Assembly (NCBI GenBank): GCA_030704615.1
Contig: CM060733.1
Span: forward strand, 48,360,001-48,424,000
Source of the DNA: Takakia lepidozioides
Lineage: Eukaryota; Plantae; Bryophyta
Length of the DNA: 64,000 bases
Direction of reading: 5' to 3'
Below, one piece after another: positions 37,101 through 50,800 of this stretch (positions within the stretch are counted from its first letter, which is position 1; every line of letters begins with the position of its first letter). The notes beneath the pieces were generated by a model, which was not told where the DNA came from, searched no databases, and saw nothing but the letters and a program-made list of their open reading frames with translations. Position numbers and translations under genes: made by a program.

Positions 37101-38884
37101 GCAACATGGAACGTAATGTATTGGACCTAATACAATGTCCAAAAAGGCCAGTTCTTAAAAATCAACCTAGTATTTGCGGGATTTAAATACAAAAACGTAT
37201 GCTTGAAAGACAAGGATATGAAATGAAGTGCCTAGACAATTTTGTTCAAACTAATAATAGTGAGTCTAAACTAATAGGAGCTGAGTCAAATTAATCTTTG
37301 CACATCTTTAGAATAGATCGTTAACATAGGTTTGGTCTTTTTTTCATAGACAATACAAATAAGAGGAGACTTGGTTACTCTAATATATAATGATTAATCC
37401 AATCTTCTTGTATTCAGGGGTCTCTCACCATGAACATATCAAGCTCCGCCTTCTCATCTGGGCTGATCTCAAGCTGATCAAGGTCCAAAATTGAACATTT
37501 CTGGCTTACAATCGGAGCCTGCGTTAGCTGCTCATCAAGATTTTGGATTTGAGCGACAGGTGTACCAACACGAAGGCAAGCAGCGTGGGCCGCCAGTAGT
37601 TTTGGATGTGAAGGATGTGTCACAATCATCGCTTTCTGTTTTGCGGTTTCCCATTCTGTTTTTTGCTTTTGTGCAGTGTCCCAGTAAGTCTGTATAATCA
37701 CTCAAAGGTGCATGTCAGGAATATCTTAACACACAAGTTAATTTGCATCCATTTCAAAAGTAAGCAACGTTGTTGTGCATAAGGATATAATTCCATAATT
37801 AAATCGGACAATGTACGCCCATAATACATATATTCTTTCTTAATGCACTTTAAAAAGACTATAGATCTACAATCACCATCTCAAAATCAGATACCATTTT
37901 TAGTCTCTTCTAGTTCTAAAAAATAAAAATAAAATAAATAAAATAAAAATCTTTTGTGTAGTTGTACCTGGTCAGATCCATCTCACTAGCCATTAGATAA
38001 GACTCAAATGGTGAGACGTAACGGTGAAACATGGAATTAGACTTGAATGATGAGATGTTCAGTTGAGAATTGCAGATCTAAAGACAATCATTCTTTAGTC
38101 TAGTGGATTAGAGTCATTTACCTCGTCAACTCTTTGCTGATTAATAGGATCATATTGGACTCTCTCATCAAAGTCCATAAATTGCTGCCCTCTACCTTCT
38201 CCATCCTGAGATAGATGATTAGGCGTAGCATTGCGAGACACATTGGAAGGGGAAGCAGCTGTTGAATTTTTGCCAAACTCACCTCGATTCCGCGGAGGGT
38301 GTAATATGTCACAAGGTGTTGACAACCTACCTGCACCGGTATGATCATTCAAGTAGGATGAAGTGCTAGATTCATCGGCATACATAGGCATCCACCCAAT
38401 ACATTTTGAATCACTTTCTCCACAAATGGGACACCACTTCTCGATGGCAAGTGCACCACCTTGAGTATCATAACACAATTGACTTTGCTGAGGCATTAAT
38501 TCGTTAGTATTGGGTTCTTGCTTGCTTGCAAGCATATGTCCGTAATCCTCATTTCTCAACTGCTCCTTGTCTTTACAACTGTTGGAAGTATGCAGATTTT
38601 GCACATTCATGCACACAATTTCAAAATTTTCTGGAGAATCATAATTTGGGAGTTCCATGTCATGGTAGCTCTGATCAGCCATGGGATCCGGCCTAGCCAA
38701 GGAAAGATCGCCATTCAACTCGGTGTGGAACATTGTCATCTTGTCAATGTTTGGCTCTTCTAGTGTGACCTGAAAGAAGACAACGTTAAATTCTTGGAAT
38801 AAGTACCTAATGTAAAAGAATGACAAATGTGATGAAATCATGTGGTTTACAGTCCTACCTAGGCTTTGGGGTTCCAAACTACTA
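34161..38884 (-). repeat. Right arm of the inverted segmental duplication (partner 12448-25937)
   Basis: Reverse-complement similarity throughout; lacks the LTR insertion. Confidence 0.9.
35500..38739 (-). pseudogene. KNOX2: Class II KNOX paralogue B (inverted duplicate of A), multiply disabled
   Basis: Same exon layout as A. 1-bp deletion and a TAA in the KNOX2 exon, GTSPV-TAG at ~36310, and a ~70-bp deletion removing [10 protein letters not shown] (KQVNN|CPRTH at ~35515). Confidence 0.9.
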
Positions 38885-40228
38885 AAATACAATATCAGTT
38901 GGAAGCAAGAAAATTTTGAAACCATTAATCTTGTTATACCAATTTTGAAAACGTGGAATAAATCATTAATGCCCTTTAAGATTACTAGGCTGTGTCTAGA
39001 ATTAATACGTAGAATCACATTCTCGATAACGAGTCGATAACATGATCTTGAAAAACTTATCTTGAGAAATTTGGCCTGTAGAGAAGTCATTTACTGCAAC
39101 CTTAGGAATTAATTGAACAAGAATGCATCCCCAACCTAGACATGGCTCAGATTCTACTGCCAACTACCTCACTGCACATCATATGAAAAGGTCCTAGAGG
39201 CTCACCTGAGAGCAAATCTGTACGACCTCTGAAAGGATGAGACATACTGTAAGTTTACAAAAAACAAATTATATAAGCGTTCGCCGTTGAGTACACGAAT
39301 GTAAAGGTTTGTTTTGCAGGTTAGCACAACCGAGATGAATATTCCAACCCTCAGTACATGCGTGATACATGAGGCAAGAGCACCGTAGAACACAGCCAAG
39401 AACATACATTAAATTAATTAGGCAGAGACATCGGTTGCAAGAGCTTATAATATGTACAAACATCTCATTCAGTGTTTGAAAGCAAAGCTGCAAGGCCACA
39501 TGACACTCTTGCATCTAGAGGAAACAAATGAAAGAGATTTCATATTTTAGCCACACTTCAGTCTATCAAAGTGTCTATCGATGACTGCAACAAAAAAAGT
39601 TAATCACTAGGCAAGCTTTTGGAAAGCACCTGTAGATGGATGCAAATAATAAAAGACAGTGTGGCTGTGGTCAATCTGTGACGCAGTTTGCCTGATAGAG
39701 GTCCAAGCAAAGAGACACCACATTGCAATAGATGAGCTTGATGAAATGAAAATCCTTCAAGACTTGCCTAAGATCTACTAACAAAACAAAAGGAGGTCAT
39801 GCCACCACAAACATATGAGGTGACTTGATCAGGACGTCCAAGCTTACCTGCAAAGAAAAGCTACAAGGCATGAGAGAGAGAGTGCACTGATGCATGAGAT
39901 CAACAATGCAATTTAAGGAGATGTTTTTGCACCCCCTAGGTACAGATAAGGTTTGATCGTGCGTGCAAGAAGGACGGCAACGAGAGGCAGGCCTCCACAG
40001 GCGGGATGTAGGGCCTCGAAGCTTTGTTTTGGTTGTCTCCTTCCAACCTCTCTACAACTTATATAAACCAGGCAACGCAGCTCGGCCGTTAGACCCTTTA
40101 ACATCCTCTAGCTAGGCTAAAGGAAGTACAATGGCTTGAGCTCAATTTCCTGGATCAGGTGTCTCCAATCCGCAGCTACCCTATCTTGCAGTACGTACTA
40201 ACACACACATGCACCAAGTTCTCCTTAC

Positions 40229-40346
40229 CTGTCAGGTAGAGTTCGAGCTCTGTGTTCCAGCAGAACATCATAGCTTCTCTCACACCCCCGTTAAGACGTT
40301 GCTGCAGCTGATCCTTGTAGGCAGTGATTAGCATAATACCGTGGAC
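40229..40346 (-). pseudogene. KNOX2-domain exon of class II KNOX paralogue D
   Basis: ttgcag|VHGIMLITAYKDQLQQRLNGGVREAMMFCWNTELELYLTG|gtaag, with the same splice phases as exon 14213-14333. Confidence 0.8.
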
Positions 40347-40661
40347 CTGCAAAATCCAAAATCCAAACGACAAGTGCTTCATAAATCAACCTATCTAGGA
40401 GCAGCGCCATTTGTAGCATAAAGACAGATGTCAATGTATGCTAACAAGCAAGAATCTGAAATGAAGTTATCCATCTAGATAGCAGCTCGGCCAAGAACAG
40501 AGTCAGATGCTCTGTACACCTGGAATAGATGTAAAGAGAATTGAATCGTCGCATAGCTCTTCAGTAGCATTAAATCTCGGCCATATTATGCCATGTACAC
40601 ACAGAGAAAAGATGACCCTGACCGCGAAGTTGGCCTAAATAATATTAAGCCTGGTCCTCTT

Positions 40662-43600
40662 GTGGACAAGTGCACGATGGGAAATTCCCGATGGTAACCT
40701 GATATTCTTTGGCATGAAGAACTGAGCCAATTGACAGCACTGTGTAAATCCGTCCATACCCCGGGGAAGGGACTTCGGTGATACGAGTCACCCTAGCCTG
40801 CAAAATTCTAGCCGATTCCATCTTGCATTCGTGATCTGCACCCGAAGCAACACGGCGCACTGTTTTTCCATCTCTTTTTGTTGGGTGGGAGTCGGCACCG
40901 GGTGGAGGCATTGTCGGAGCATGTGGCACATCTGTGCCGACAGTGCATAAGGGCACCACCCGGGACCGTGCAAGACAAAACCCTCCCTCCTCCAGCATGC
41001 TTATCTCGGTTGAGGACAGCGATGTCCCAATTTTCACAGGCCAAATTGCGGGGGGAGGGGGCTTCATTATCACGGAAGGACGAACTGTTCCCTTCACGCA
41101 TCGTGCCATATCGTCTGGGCAGAACCAAAACTTGTGCTCTTTTGACTCCCCACTATGGTAAGGTCGGAACAACCCTGTGAATGTTGGAGCTGGAGTCCCC
41201 CTGGAGCCTTTGCATATTTTTGATTTGCATTTCTTGAATGAGGGGGTCCGAATTGCCATGCAAGCCACTCTAGATCCCGGTGGGGTGCGTTCTATATGCC
41301 AGTCACTATCAATGCAATCAGATTCCTGCACCATGGCCACCACCTCCTCCAATGGGATTTCCGCTGCTATGGCACAGAGAAATTGACCCTGTCTGGCCTA
41401 TGGGAATCTCCATCTGACCCTGGAAGAGTGTTTAATTTCCTTTTGCATGATCCAAATCTTTCCTCGCCTTCCAAATGGGGGAGCCTGGATTGCAGAGGGG
41501 AGCCTTCAGTGCACCTGTTTAGAGCTCTGGCCATCTTTGACGGGTCTCCGGACCTACTCGCAGCCCTTAGCATCAACAAAGTCGTATCGGGGCCCTTCCC
41601 TCCACCCCGTCCCATCAGAAAATTGCGGTACCTGGTTTGTTGTGTAAGTGCCCGCACCATGTCATCAGCAGTGGCCACATACAAGTCACGACCTGCTTTG
41701 GTAGACTGTTGCATCCAGGCGTTGTGAACAGTCTCTGCCAAATTACACGATGGCATGTCGGCCAAGTCCTCCAAGGACATGTCCTGCAGGAGGCATTGCA
41801 TGGAAATGTGAGGAAGGAAAAGAAATGGTAGAGGTTCTTCAAGTGACAATCGAACAACCCCAAATGAACAGGCACGATGCAAAGTGCAATTTGTGTTTAA
41901 GGAAAACTTGTGAGGCTTACCGTCGTCATGAAAGCTCCCCACTGTCTGTACCTGAAGTGCCAGAAAACCAACCAGTCCTCCAACTCCTTCAGGTGGATAC
42001 CTGTAGCAGCACCAGAGGAGAACCACCAAGCCCGGATTGCCTGGTAAGTGCTCTCAGCTTCTCCCATTGAGGTGGCATTCTTGTACTTCAGACAGAGCCT
42101 TCTATGCTCCAACTGAAGGTCAGGGCGAATGCAGCGCTTTGTATGACGTGCCAGAGATTGACTCCAATGGAAGAGGCATGTGCGCTCCCTATTTTCCATT
42201 GGGACCTAGGATCCCCCGAACCAAACACGCGCCGCACTGCATTGAAATTTGCCTGTGCACTATCAGCCATGAAGCCCGCAAAATTTGTGTTCTGTATTCC
42301 ATTGCGCTGCATGACGGCCAGGAGGGAATTCCACATGAGCATCTGGGATTCAGTGTCCTCCGACTGCATATCACAAATTGCTATGGAGAGCACACGCTGG
42401 TACGCTGGATCATACACATGGCACGCCATGGTTGTCCAACCCTTCACCCGTTTGCAGTGATCAAACATTAACCAACATTTAGCCAAATCTCCTCCAGGTT
42501 GCATTCGGCGGACAATGCTCACACCACTGCCTTGGCCCACAGCGGACATCTTGAACAAATACACTTTGGACGAGCCCTGGCCAGGGAACATACTGTTTTG
42601 AATGAATTCATAGCGACTCCTCGTTTGAGGTCCATAATGTTGTCCATGAATCCAGCAGTGCCTGTGCCCATTCTGAGTGCATTCACCTGGTTTCGAATAT
42701 TGGGAGAGCTCAACACGGAGAAATGGTCCATGACTGCCTCAAGGGAATCTGCATCCAGCATTGGCTGTGTCGCATCCCCTTCACCCAGTATGTGTTTTTC
42801 CAGGAATGCCTTGCTAGCTGCAAGCGCTATAGCAGAAGGTGTTGCACAAGGGGCATTGTGGAACTCTTGCTTCAGTAGATTTCTAGCGATGTCCACGCTA
42901 TCCCTGCAACTCCCTTTGGACACAGGATGCTCGTGTGCACCCATATGAATGCAGGCACGAGTCATTGTCTTGCATCGATGTGCCACCTGATACATACGAG
43001 CGTGGCAAACAGAAACACAGGACGGGGAAAGTTTGCAGAACCTGCACACAAAAGTATTGGTCTTGGGAGGTGCAAGCCCTGGGGTGAAAGGATTCAGGGG
43101 CACACCTTCCCACTCACTTTCGTTTGGCTGAGCGCTGTTTCTCAGCCGAGGGCAAGAAATATTCAGCACTTGCAATGCCCAACGCAAACCGACCTCCGAA
43201 ATTTCAAGCCAATGTCGTTATGGATGTTCGACGTTTTTGTCCTGCACCAAGGATGTCCGTCATGTTTCTTGTCCATGCCCTGCAGAAGCCCAGCCAGTCC
43301 ACTGGAAGACGTGGGAGGGTTGAGCTCAAACAAGATGTCCCCATCAAACTGAGCTGGCACGTATTGAACCCGTTGCACTGGAAGGGACTCCCAATCAACA
43401 AAACGTAGCTCGCTCTTGCACCCAGGCACACCTGCGAGGGCTTTCAATTTTGGAATGACACTTGTTATCTCTTGCAATTCGTCATCATCAATAAGGGAGT
43501 TTGCACTGGCGGAGGAATCTCAGAAAACATCCTCCGAGGACGAGTCCGAAAGAGTCACGAAGGTAGTGGATGTGCTCACCTCTTGTTTCACAGGAACTGT

Positions 43601-43938
43601 GCCCTTCTGTTGCACGACCGATGCTGCAGTGCCAGGGGTAACGACTGATCCTGCTGATTGTCTTCTCTCTTTTCCAAGGACACGGTATGTTCCTGGAAGG
43701 ACTCTCCACTTCCTTCCACACTCGCCAACCAAGGGTTTCTCCAAGTGCCCAGAATCCAAATTCCCATCCTCGTCATACACCTCTTTCTGAACAAGCAGAA
43801 ACCCAACTCCAGCGGGAACACTGTAACCAGCTCATCCTCATGAACAACTGCATACCCATCGTCGTCTGCAGTGGCAGTCAGTGGAAGAGTACCTGCATTG
43901 GAATGGAATCGAGCGAGTGCATCTCGCTCCCTCGACAT
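40662..43938 (-). pseudogene. MULE transposase copy 2 including partial SWIM finger; several frameshifts and an ~89-bp deletion at ~41370
   Basis: Same DDE motifs as copy 1. C-terminus GYGRIYTV..KEYQVTIGNFPSCTCP is truncated before CxH. Confidence 0.8.
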
Positions 43939-44874
43939 GTTTTCCATCACTGAACGAAACTGGCGATTCAGAACGGAATCCCCGAACTGAGAGCCCGTAA
44001 TTATCGAAAGTGGAAATACCACCAGCAAACTGAGGTCAACAAGGGTAGCACCAAACCAAAGGCTGCCGGCGATGCATGCCAAGGATGTAGGGATGACGTG
44101 CACCTTCACCTCCCACCAACCAGAAAAACCGTTTTGAAAGACCAGAGCCACAAGAAGCCGTGCTGTTTTTGGATGGAAAACAAACCCTGAAAATGACATG
44201 AAACCATCCATTATGAAATGACGGCAACAACCCTGGAGAGCAGTAAACAGGAAGATCCGATTGTAATGAGATTGTGTTGCGCCAGAATAGCACAGAACAA
44301 ACACTGACACTCCAAGAGATACCTCGCACGAATGTGTGCAACACATGGTCATATCCGACAAAATCCTTTATACCGAATGACCCCATGGGGACGGTCACGG
44401 CATAAAAAAACCACAGGGCATGCAGTACAACACACGTGGATGCATATGTGAAGCATAACAATTATTGCGAATCTGGAAGAACTGCTCGGAATTGAAAAAG
44501 CACTACATTTCTACGGCACATTCGAATTTGAAAGAAGGCAAGGAGGCCGCCATGTATTGGCAGGCGGCGAAGTACATCTGACATATATCGCAAATGCATG
44601 CAACGGATGTTCTTTTTCTTCGGCGCTTTATTAGCTGGGTAATACAAAGACGCCAAAATGGATGAATTCCGTTCGCACACAATATCAACACCCCCATCCA
44701 AATACGGTTGACAACGTCCATTTTTATTTTACATGCGATACCAGACTTGTTGCAAACGTCAAACTGGAGAGCTCCAGGGGCATCGTGGGGAGCCCTTGTT
44801 TCCAGCGGAGGAGAAAGAGAAGGAAGTCATTATACTTCACGAGTTCTAGAAACAGGAATAGAGCTAGATATAGA

Positions 44875-47800
44875 ATGAGGATGGAAAGAGTGGAGGAAGA
44901 GGAAAAGGAGGAAGAAGAGGGAATACAGGAAAGTGTGGCGATGGAGGAGCAGGAATCTGGAGAAGAACAACAACCCACCATAGTTCCAGGAACAGGCGAG
45001 GAGGACACTGCGTCTGAGGGAGAGACAGACGACATGGAGGAAGATGTTGACACTGGCCTCACGAAGAATCTGACCACGGGAAAGAGGAAGGGGAGAGGCT
45101 CACCTACATAGTCGGCGAAGAGAGCAGCCCAAGCGGAAAGGGTCCCCGGCAACTGGGGAGTCTTCTCGAGTACCTACGAAAAAGGTAAAATCTACAGGAC
45201 CCACATTTGTGAAGAATTCGGCTTTCAATGGCAGGTATTTGAGAAAGAAAGAACCATTCAGTGGCAGCTCAAACAGTGTGCGTTGCCGCACACTGTTTGA
45301 GCTGCACAAGTCACTGTTTAAGGGTGCAAAATTCTTCCTTCAACGACACCTTTCTGAGATGAAATGAACCCCGCACTTCCAACTCAAACAGTGTGCGGCA
45401 ACGCACACTGTTTGAGCATCTTTCAATGTTTTAGGGTGCAAAATTTGGCCTTGGAGTCAGTTATCTGCGGGTGAAATGAACCCTTCACTGCCAGCCAAAC
45501 AGTGTGCGGCAACGCACACTGTTTGAGCTGAACATTTCAATGTTTTAGGGTGCAAATTTGGACTTCAGGGCACCTTTCTGAGGATGGAATGAACCCTGCA
45601 CTGCCAGCTCAAACAGTGTGCGGCAACGCACACTGTTTGAGCTGAACATTTCAATGTTTTAGGGTGCAAAATTGGACTTCAGGGGCACCTTGTGAGGATG
45701 AAATGAACCTTTCACTGCAGCCCAAACAGTGTGCGGCAACGCACACTGTTTGAGCTGAACATTTCAATGTTTTAGGGTGCAAAATTTGGTCTTGCTGTCT
45801 GTTATCTGAGGGTGAAATGAACCCTTCACTGCCAGCTCAGACAGTGTGCGGCAACGCACACTGTTTGAGCTGAACATTTCAATGTTTCAGGGTGCAAAAT
45901 TTGGACTTCAGGGGCACCTATCTGAGGGTGAAATGAACCCTTCACTGCCAGCTCAACAGTGTGCGGCAACGCACACTGTTTGAGCTGAACATTTCAATGT
46001 TTCAGGGTGCAAAATTTGGACTTCAGGGGCACCTATTAGGATGAAATGAACCCTTCACTGCAGCCCAAACAGTGTGCGGCAACGCACACTGTTTGAGCTG
46101 AACATTTCAATGTTTCTGGGTGCAAAATTTGGACTTCAGGGGTGTTTGAGGATGAAATGAACCCTTCACTGTCAGCCAAACAGTGTGCGGCAACGCACAC
46201 TGTTTGAGCTGAACATTTCAATGTTTCAGGGTGCAAAATTTCATCTGAAAATGAGTGTGCGGCAACGCACACTGTTTGAGTTTCAAAATCTGAGGTGAAA
46301 TGAACCCTTCACTGCCAGCTCAGACAGTGTGCGGCAACGCACACTGTTTGAGCTGAACATTTCAATGTTTTGCAAAATTTTCAGGGGGATTGAACTGTTG
46401 TGCGGTGGGTGCAAAAATGAACCCTTCACTTTGTGCGGCAACGCACACTGTTTGAGCTGAACATTTCAATGTTTCAGGGTGCAAAATTTGGACTTCAGGG
46501 GCACCTGGGTGAAATGAACCCTTCACTGCCAGCTCAGACAGTGTGCGGCAACGCACACTGTTTGAGCTGAACATTTCAATGTTTCAGGTGCAAAATTTGG
46601 ACTTCAGGGGCACCTGGATGAAATGAACCCTTCACTGTCAGCGTGTGCGGCAAGCACACTGTTTGAGCTGAACATTTCAATGTTTCAGGGTGAAAAATTT
46701 GGACTTCAGGGGCACCTATGTGAGGATGAAATGAACCCTTCACTGTCAGCCAAAACAGTGTGCGGCAACGCACACTGTTTGAGCTGAACATTTCAATGTT
46801 TTAGGTGCAAAATTTGGTCATCTGAGGTGAAATGAACCCTTCAAGCTCAACAGTGTGCGGCAACGCACACTGTTTGAGCTGACATTTCAATGTTTTAGGG
46901 TGCAAAATTTGGATCTGTGAAATGAACCCTTCACTGCCAGCCCAGAAGTGTGCGGCAACGCACACTGTTTGAGAGTTTCAGGGTGCAAACTTGGTGAAAT
47001 GAGGCGTGTTTGAGCTGAACATTTCAATGTTTGGGTGCAAAATTTGGACTTCAGGGCACCTAAGGGTGAAATGAACCCTCACTGCCAGCTCAACAGTGTG
47101 CGGCAACGCACACTGTTTGAGCTGAACATTTCAATGTTTCAGGGTGCAAAATTTGGACTTCAGGGCACCTATCTGAGGGTGAAATGAACCCTTCACTGCC
47201 AGCTCAACAGTGTGCGGCAACGCACACTGTTTGAGCTGAACATTTCAATGTTTCAGGGTGCAAAATTTGGACTTCAGGGGCACCTATGTGAGGTGAAATG
47301 AACCCTTCACTGGTGTGCGGCAACGCACACTGTTTGAGCTGAACATTTCAATGTTTCAGGGTGCAAAATTTGGACTTCAGGGGCACCTGGATGAAATGAA
47401 CCCTTCACTGTCAGCCAAACAGTGTGCGGCAACGCACACTGTTTGAGCTGAACATTTCAATGTTTCTGGGTGCAAAATTTGGACTTCAGGGACCTGTTTG
47501 AGGATGAAATGAACCCTTCACTGTCAGCCCAAACAGTGTGCGGCAACGCACACTGTTTGAGCTGAACATTTCAATGTTTCAGGGTGCAAAATTTGATCTG
47601 AGGTTGAAATGAACCCTTTGTGTGCGGCAACGCTGTTTGAGCAGAAATGTTTAGGGTGCAAAATTTGGTCTTGCCTGAGGTGAAATGAACCCTTCACTGC
47701 CAGCTCAGACAGTGTGCGGCAACGCACACTGTTTGAGCTGAACATTTCAATGTTTCAGGGTGCAAAATTTGGACTTCAGGGGCACCTGGATGAAATGAAC

Positions 47801-50800
47801 CCTTCACTGTCAGCCCAACAGTGTGCGGCAACGCACACTGTTTGAGCTGAACATTTCAATGTTTTAGGGTGCAAAATTTGATCTGAGGTGAAATGAACCC
47901 TTCACTGCCAGCTCAACAGTGTGCGGCAACGCACACTGTTTGAGCTGATTTCAATGTTTCAGGGTGCAAATTTGGACTTCAGGGGCACCTAAGGGTGAAA
48001 TGAACCCTTCACTGCCAGCTCAACAGTGTGCGGCAACGCACACTGTTTGAGCTGAACATTTCAATGTTTCAGGGTGCAAAATTTGGACTTCAGGGGCACC
48101 TATGGATGAAATGAACCCTTCACTGTCAGCCCAAACAGTGTGCGGCAACACACTGTTTGAGCTGAACATTCAATGTTTCAGGGTTTTGGACTTCAGGGGG
48201 AGGATGAAATGAACCCTTCACTGTTGTGCGGCAACGCACACTGTTTGAGCTGAACTTTTCAATGTTTTAGGGTGCAAAATTTGGAGAGGTTGAAATGAAC
48301 CCTTCACCCAGCTCAACAGTGTGCGGCAACGCACTGTTTGAGCACTTTTCAATGTTTGGGTGCAAAAAAATGAACCGGTGTGCGGCAACGCACACTGTTT
48401 GAGCTGAACATTTCAATGTTTGGGTGCAAAATTTGACTTCAGACCTGAGGATGAAATGAACCCTTCACTGTCAGCCCAAACAGTGTGCGGCACACACTGT
48501 TTGAGCTGAACATTTCAATGTTTTAGGGTGCAAAATTTGGTCTTCAGCTGAGGTTGAAATGAACCCTTCAGTGCGGCAACGCACTGTTTGAGCACTTTCA
48601 ATGTTTTAGGGTGCAAAATTTGGTCTTGATCTGAGGTGAAATGAACCCTTCACTGCCAGCTCAGACAGTGTGCGGCAACGCACACTGTTTGAGCTGAACA
48701 TTTCAATGTTTCAGGGTGCAAAATTTGGACTTCAGGGGCACCTATCTGAGGTGAAATGAACCCTTCACTGCCAGCTCAGACAGTGTGCGGCAACGCACAC
48801 TGTTTGAGCTGAACATTTCAATGTTTCAGGGTGCAAAATTTGGACTTCAGGGGCCTGTGAGGATGAAATGAACCCTTCACTGTCAGCCCAAACAGTGTGC
48901 GGCAACGCACACTGTTTGAGCTGAACATTTCAATGTTTCAGGGTGCAAAATTTGGACTTCAGGGGCACCTATGTGAGGTGAAATGAACCCTTCACTGCAG
49001 CCAAAACAGTGTGCGGCAACGCACACTGTTTGAGCTGAACATTTCAATGTTTTAGGGTGCAAAATTTGATCTGAGGTTGAAATGAACCCTTCACCCAGCT
49101 CAACAGTGTGCGGCAACGCACACTGTTTGAGCTGTTTCAATGTTTAGGGTGCAAATTTGGAAATGAACCCTTGGACAGTGTGCGGCAACGCACACTGTTT
49201 GAGCTGAACATTTCAATGTTTCAGGGTGCAAAATTTGGACTTCAGGGCACCTATCTGAGGTGAAATGAACCCTTCACTGCCAGCTCACAGTGTGCGGCAA
49301 CGCACACTGTTTGAGCTGAACATTTCAATGTTTCAGGGTGCAAAATTTGGACTTCAGGGGCACCTATCTGAGGGTGAAACCCTTCACTGCCAGCTCAAAG
49401 TGTGCGGCAACGCACACTGTTTGAGCTGAACATTTCAATGTTTGGGTGCAAAATTTGGACTTCAGGGGTGAAATGAACCCTTCACTGCAGCCCAAACAGT
49501 GTGCGGCAACGCACACTGTTTGAGCTGAACATTTCAATGTTTCTGGGTGCAAATTTGGACTTCAGGGGCACCTGTTGAGGATGAAATGAACCCTTCACTG
49601 TCAGCCCAACAGTGTGCGGCAACGCACACTGTTTGAGCTGAACATTTCAATGTTTTAGGGTGCAAAATTTGTCTTGATCTGAGGTGAAATGAACCCTTCA
49701 CTGCCAGCTCAAACAGTGTGCGGCAACGCACACTGTTTGAGCCTTTTCAATGTTTTAGGGTGCAAAATTTGGTCTTGCTGTCTGTTATCTGAGGGTGAAA
49801 TGAACCCTTCACTGAAGTGTGCGGCAACGCACACTGTTTGAGCTGAACATTTCAATGTTTCAGGGTGCAAAATTTGGACTTCAGGGGCACCTGGATGAAA
49901 TGAACCCTTCACTGGCCCAACAGTGCGGCAACCACACTGTTGAGCTGAACATTTCAATGTTTTAGGGTGCAAAATTTGGTCTTCACTGAGGTTGAAATGA
50001 ACCCTTCACCCAGCTCAACAGTGTGCGGCAACGCACACTGTTTGAGCACATTTCAATGTTTTAGGGTGCAAAATTTGGTCATCTGAGGGTGAAATGAACC
50101 CTTCACTGCCAGCTCAACAGTGTGCGGCAACGCACACTGTTTGAGCTGAACATTTCAATGTTTCAGGGTGCAAAATTTGGACTTCAGGGGCACCTATCTG
50201 AGTGAAATGAACCCTTCACTGCCAGCTCAACAGTGTGCGGCAACGCACACTGTTTGAGCTGAACATTTCAATGTTTCAGGGTGCAAAATTTGGACTTCAG
50301 GGGCACCTATGTGAGGATGAAATGAACCCTTCACTGCAGCCCAAACAGTGTGCGGCAACGCACACTGTTTGAGCTGAACATTTCAATGTTTCAGGGTGCA
50401 AAATTTGGACTTCAGGGTTGAAATGAACCCTTCACTGTCAGCGTGCGGCAACGCACACTGTTTGAGCTGAACATTTCAATGTTTTAGGGTGCAAAATCTG
50501 AGGTTGAAATGAACCCTTCACCCAGCTCAACAGTGTGCGGCAACGCACACTGTTTGAGCCTTTTCAATGTTTAGGGTGCAAAGGGGTGAAATGAACCCTT
50601 CACTGCCAGCTCAGAAGTGTGCGGCAACGCACACTGTTTGAGCTGAACATTTTAATGTTTCAGGGTGCAAAATTTGGACTTCAGGGGCACCTAAGGGTGA
50701 AATGAACCCTTCACTGCCAGCTCAACAGTGCGGCAACGCACACTGTTTGAGCTGAACATTTCAATGTTTGGTGCAAATTTGGACTTCAGGGGCACCTGTG

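Noticed and set aside
36300-38739. KNOX paralogue B as a functional KNATM-like MEINOX-only gene
   Set aside because: The KNOX2 exon itself has a frameshift and an in-frame TAA, so the MEINOX domain is also broken.
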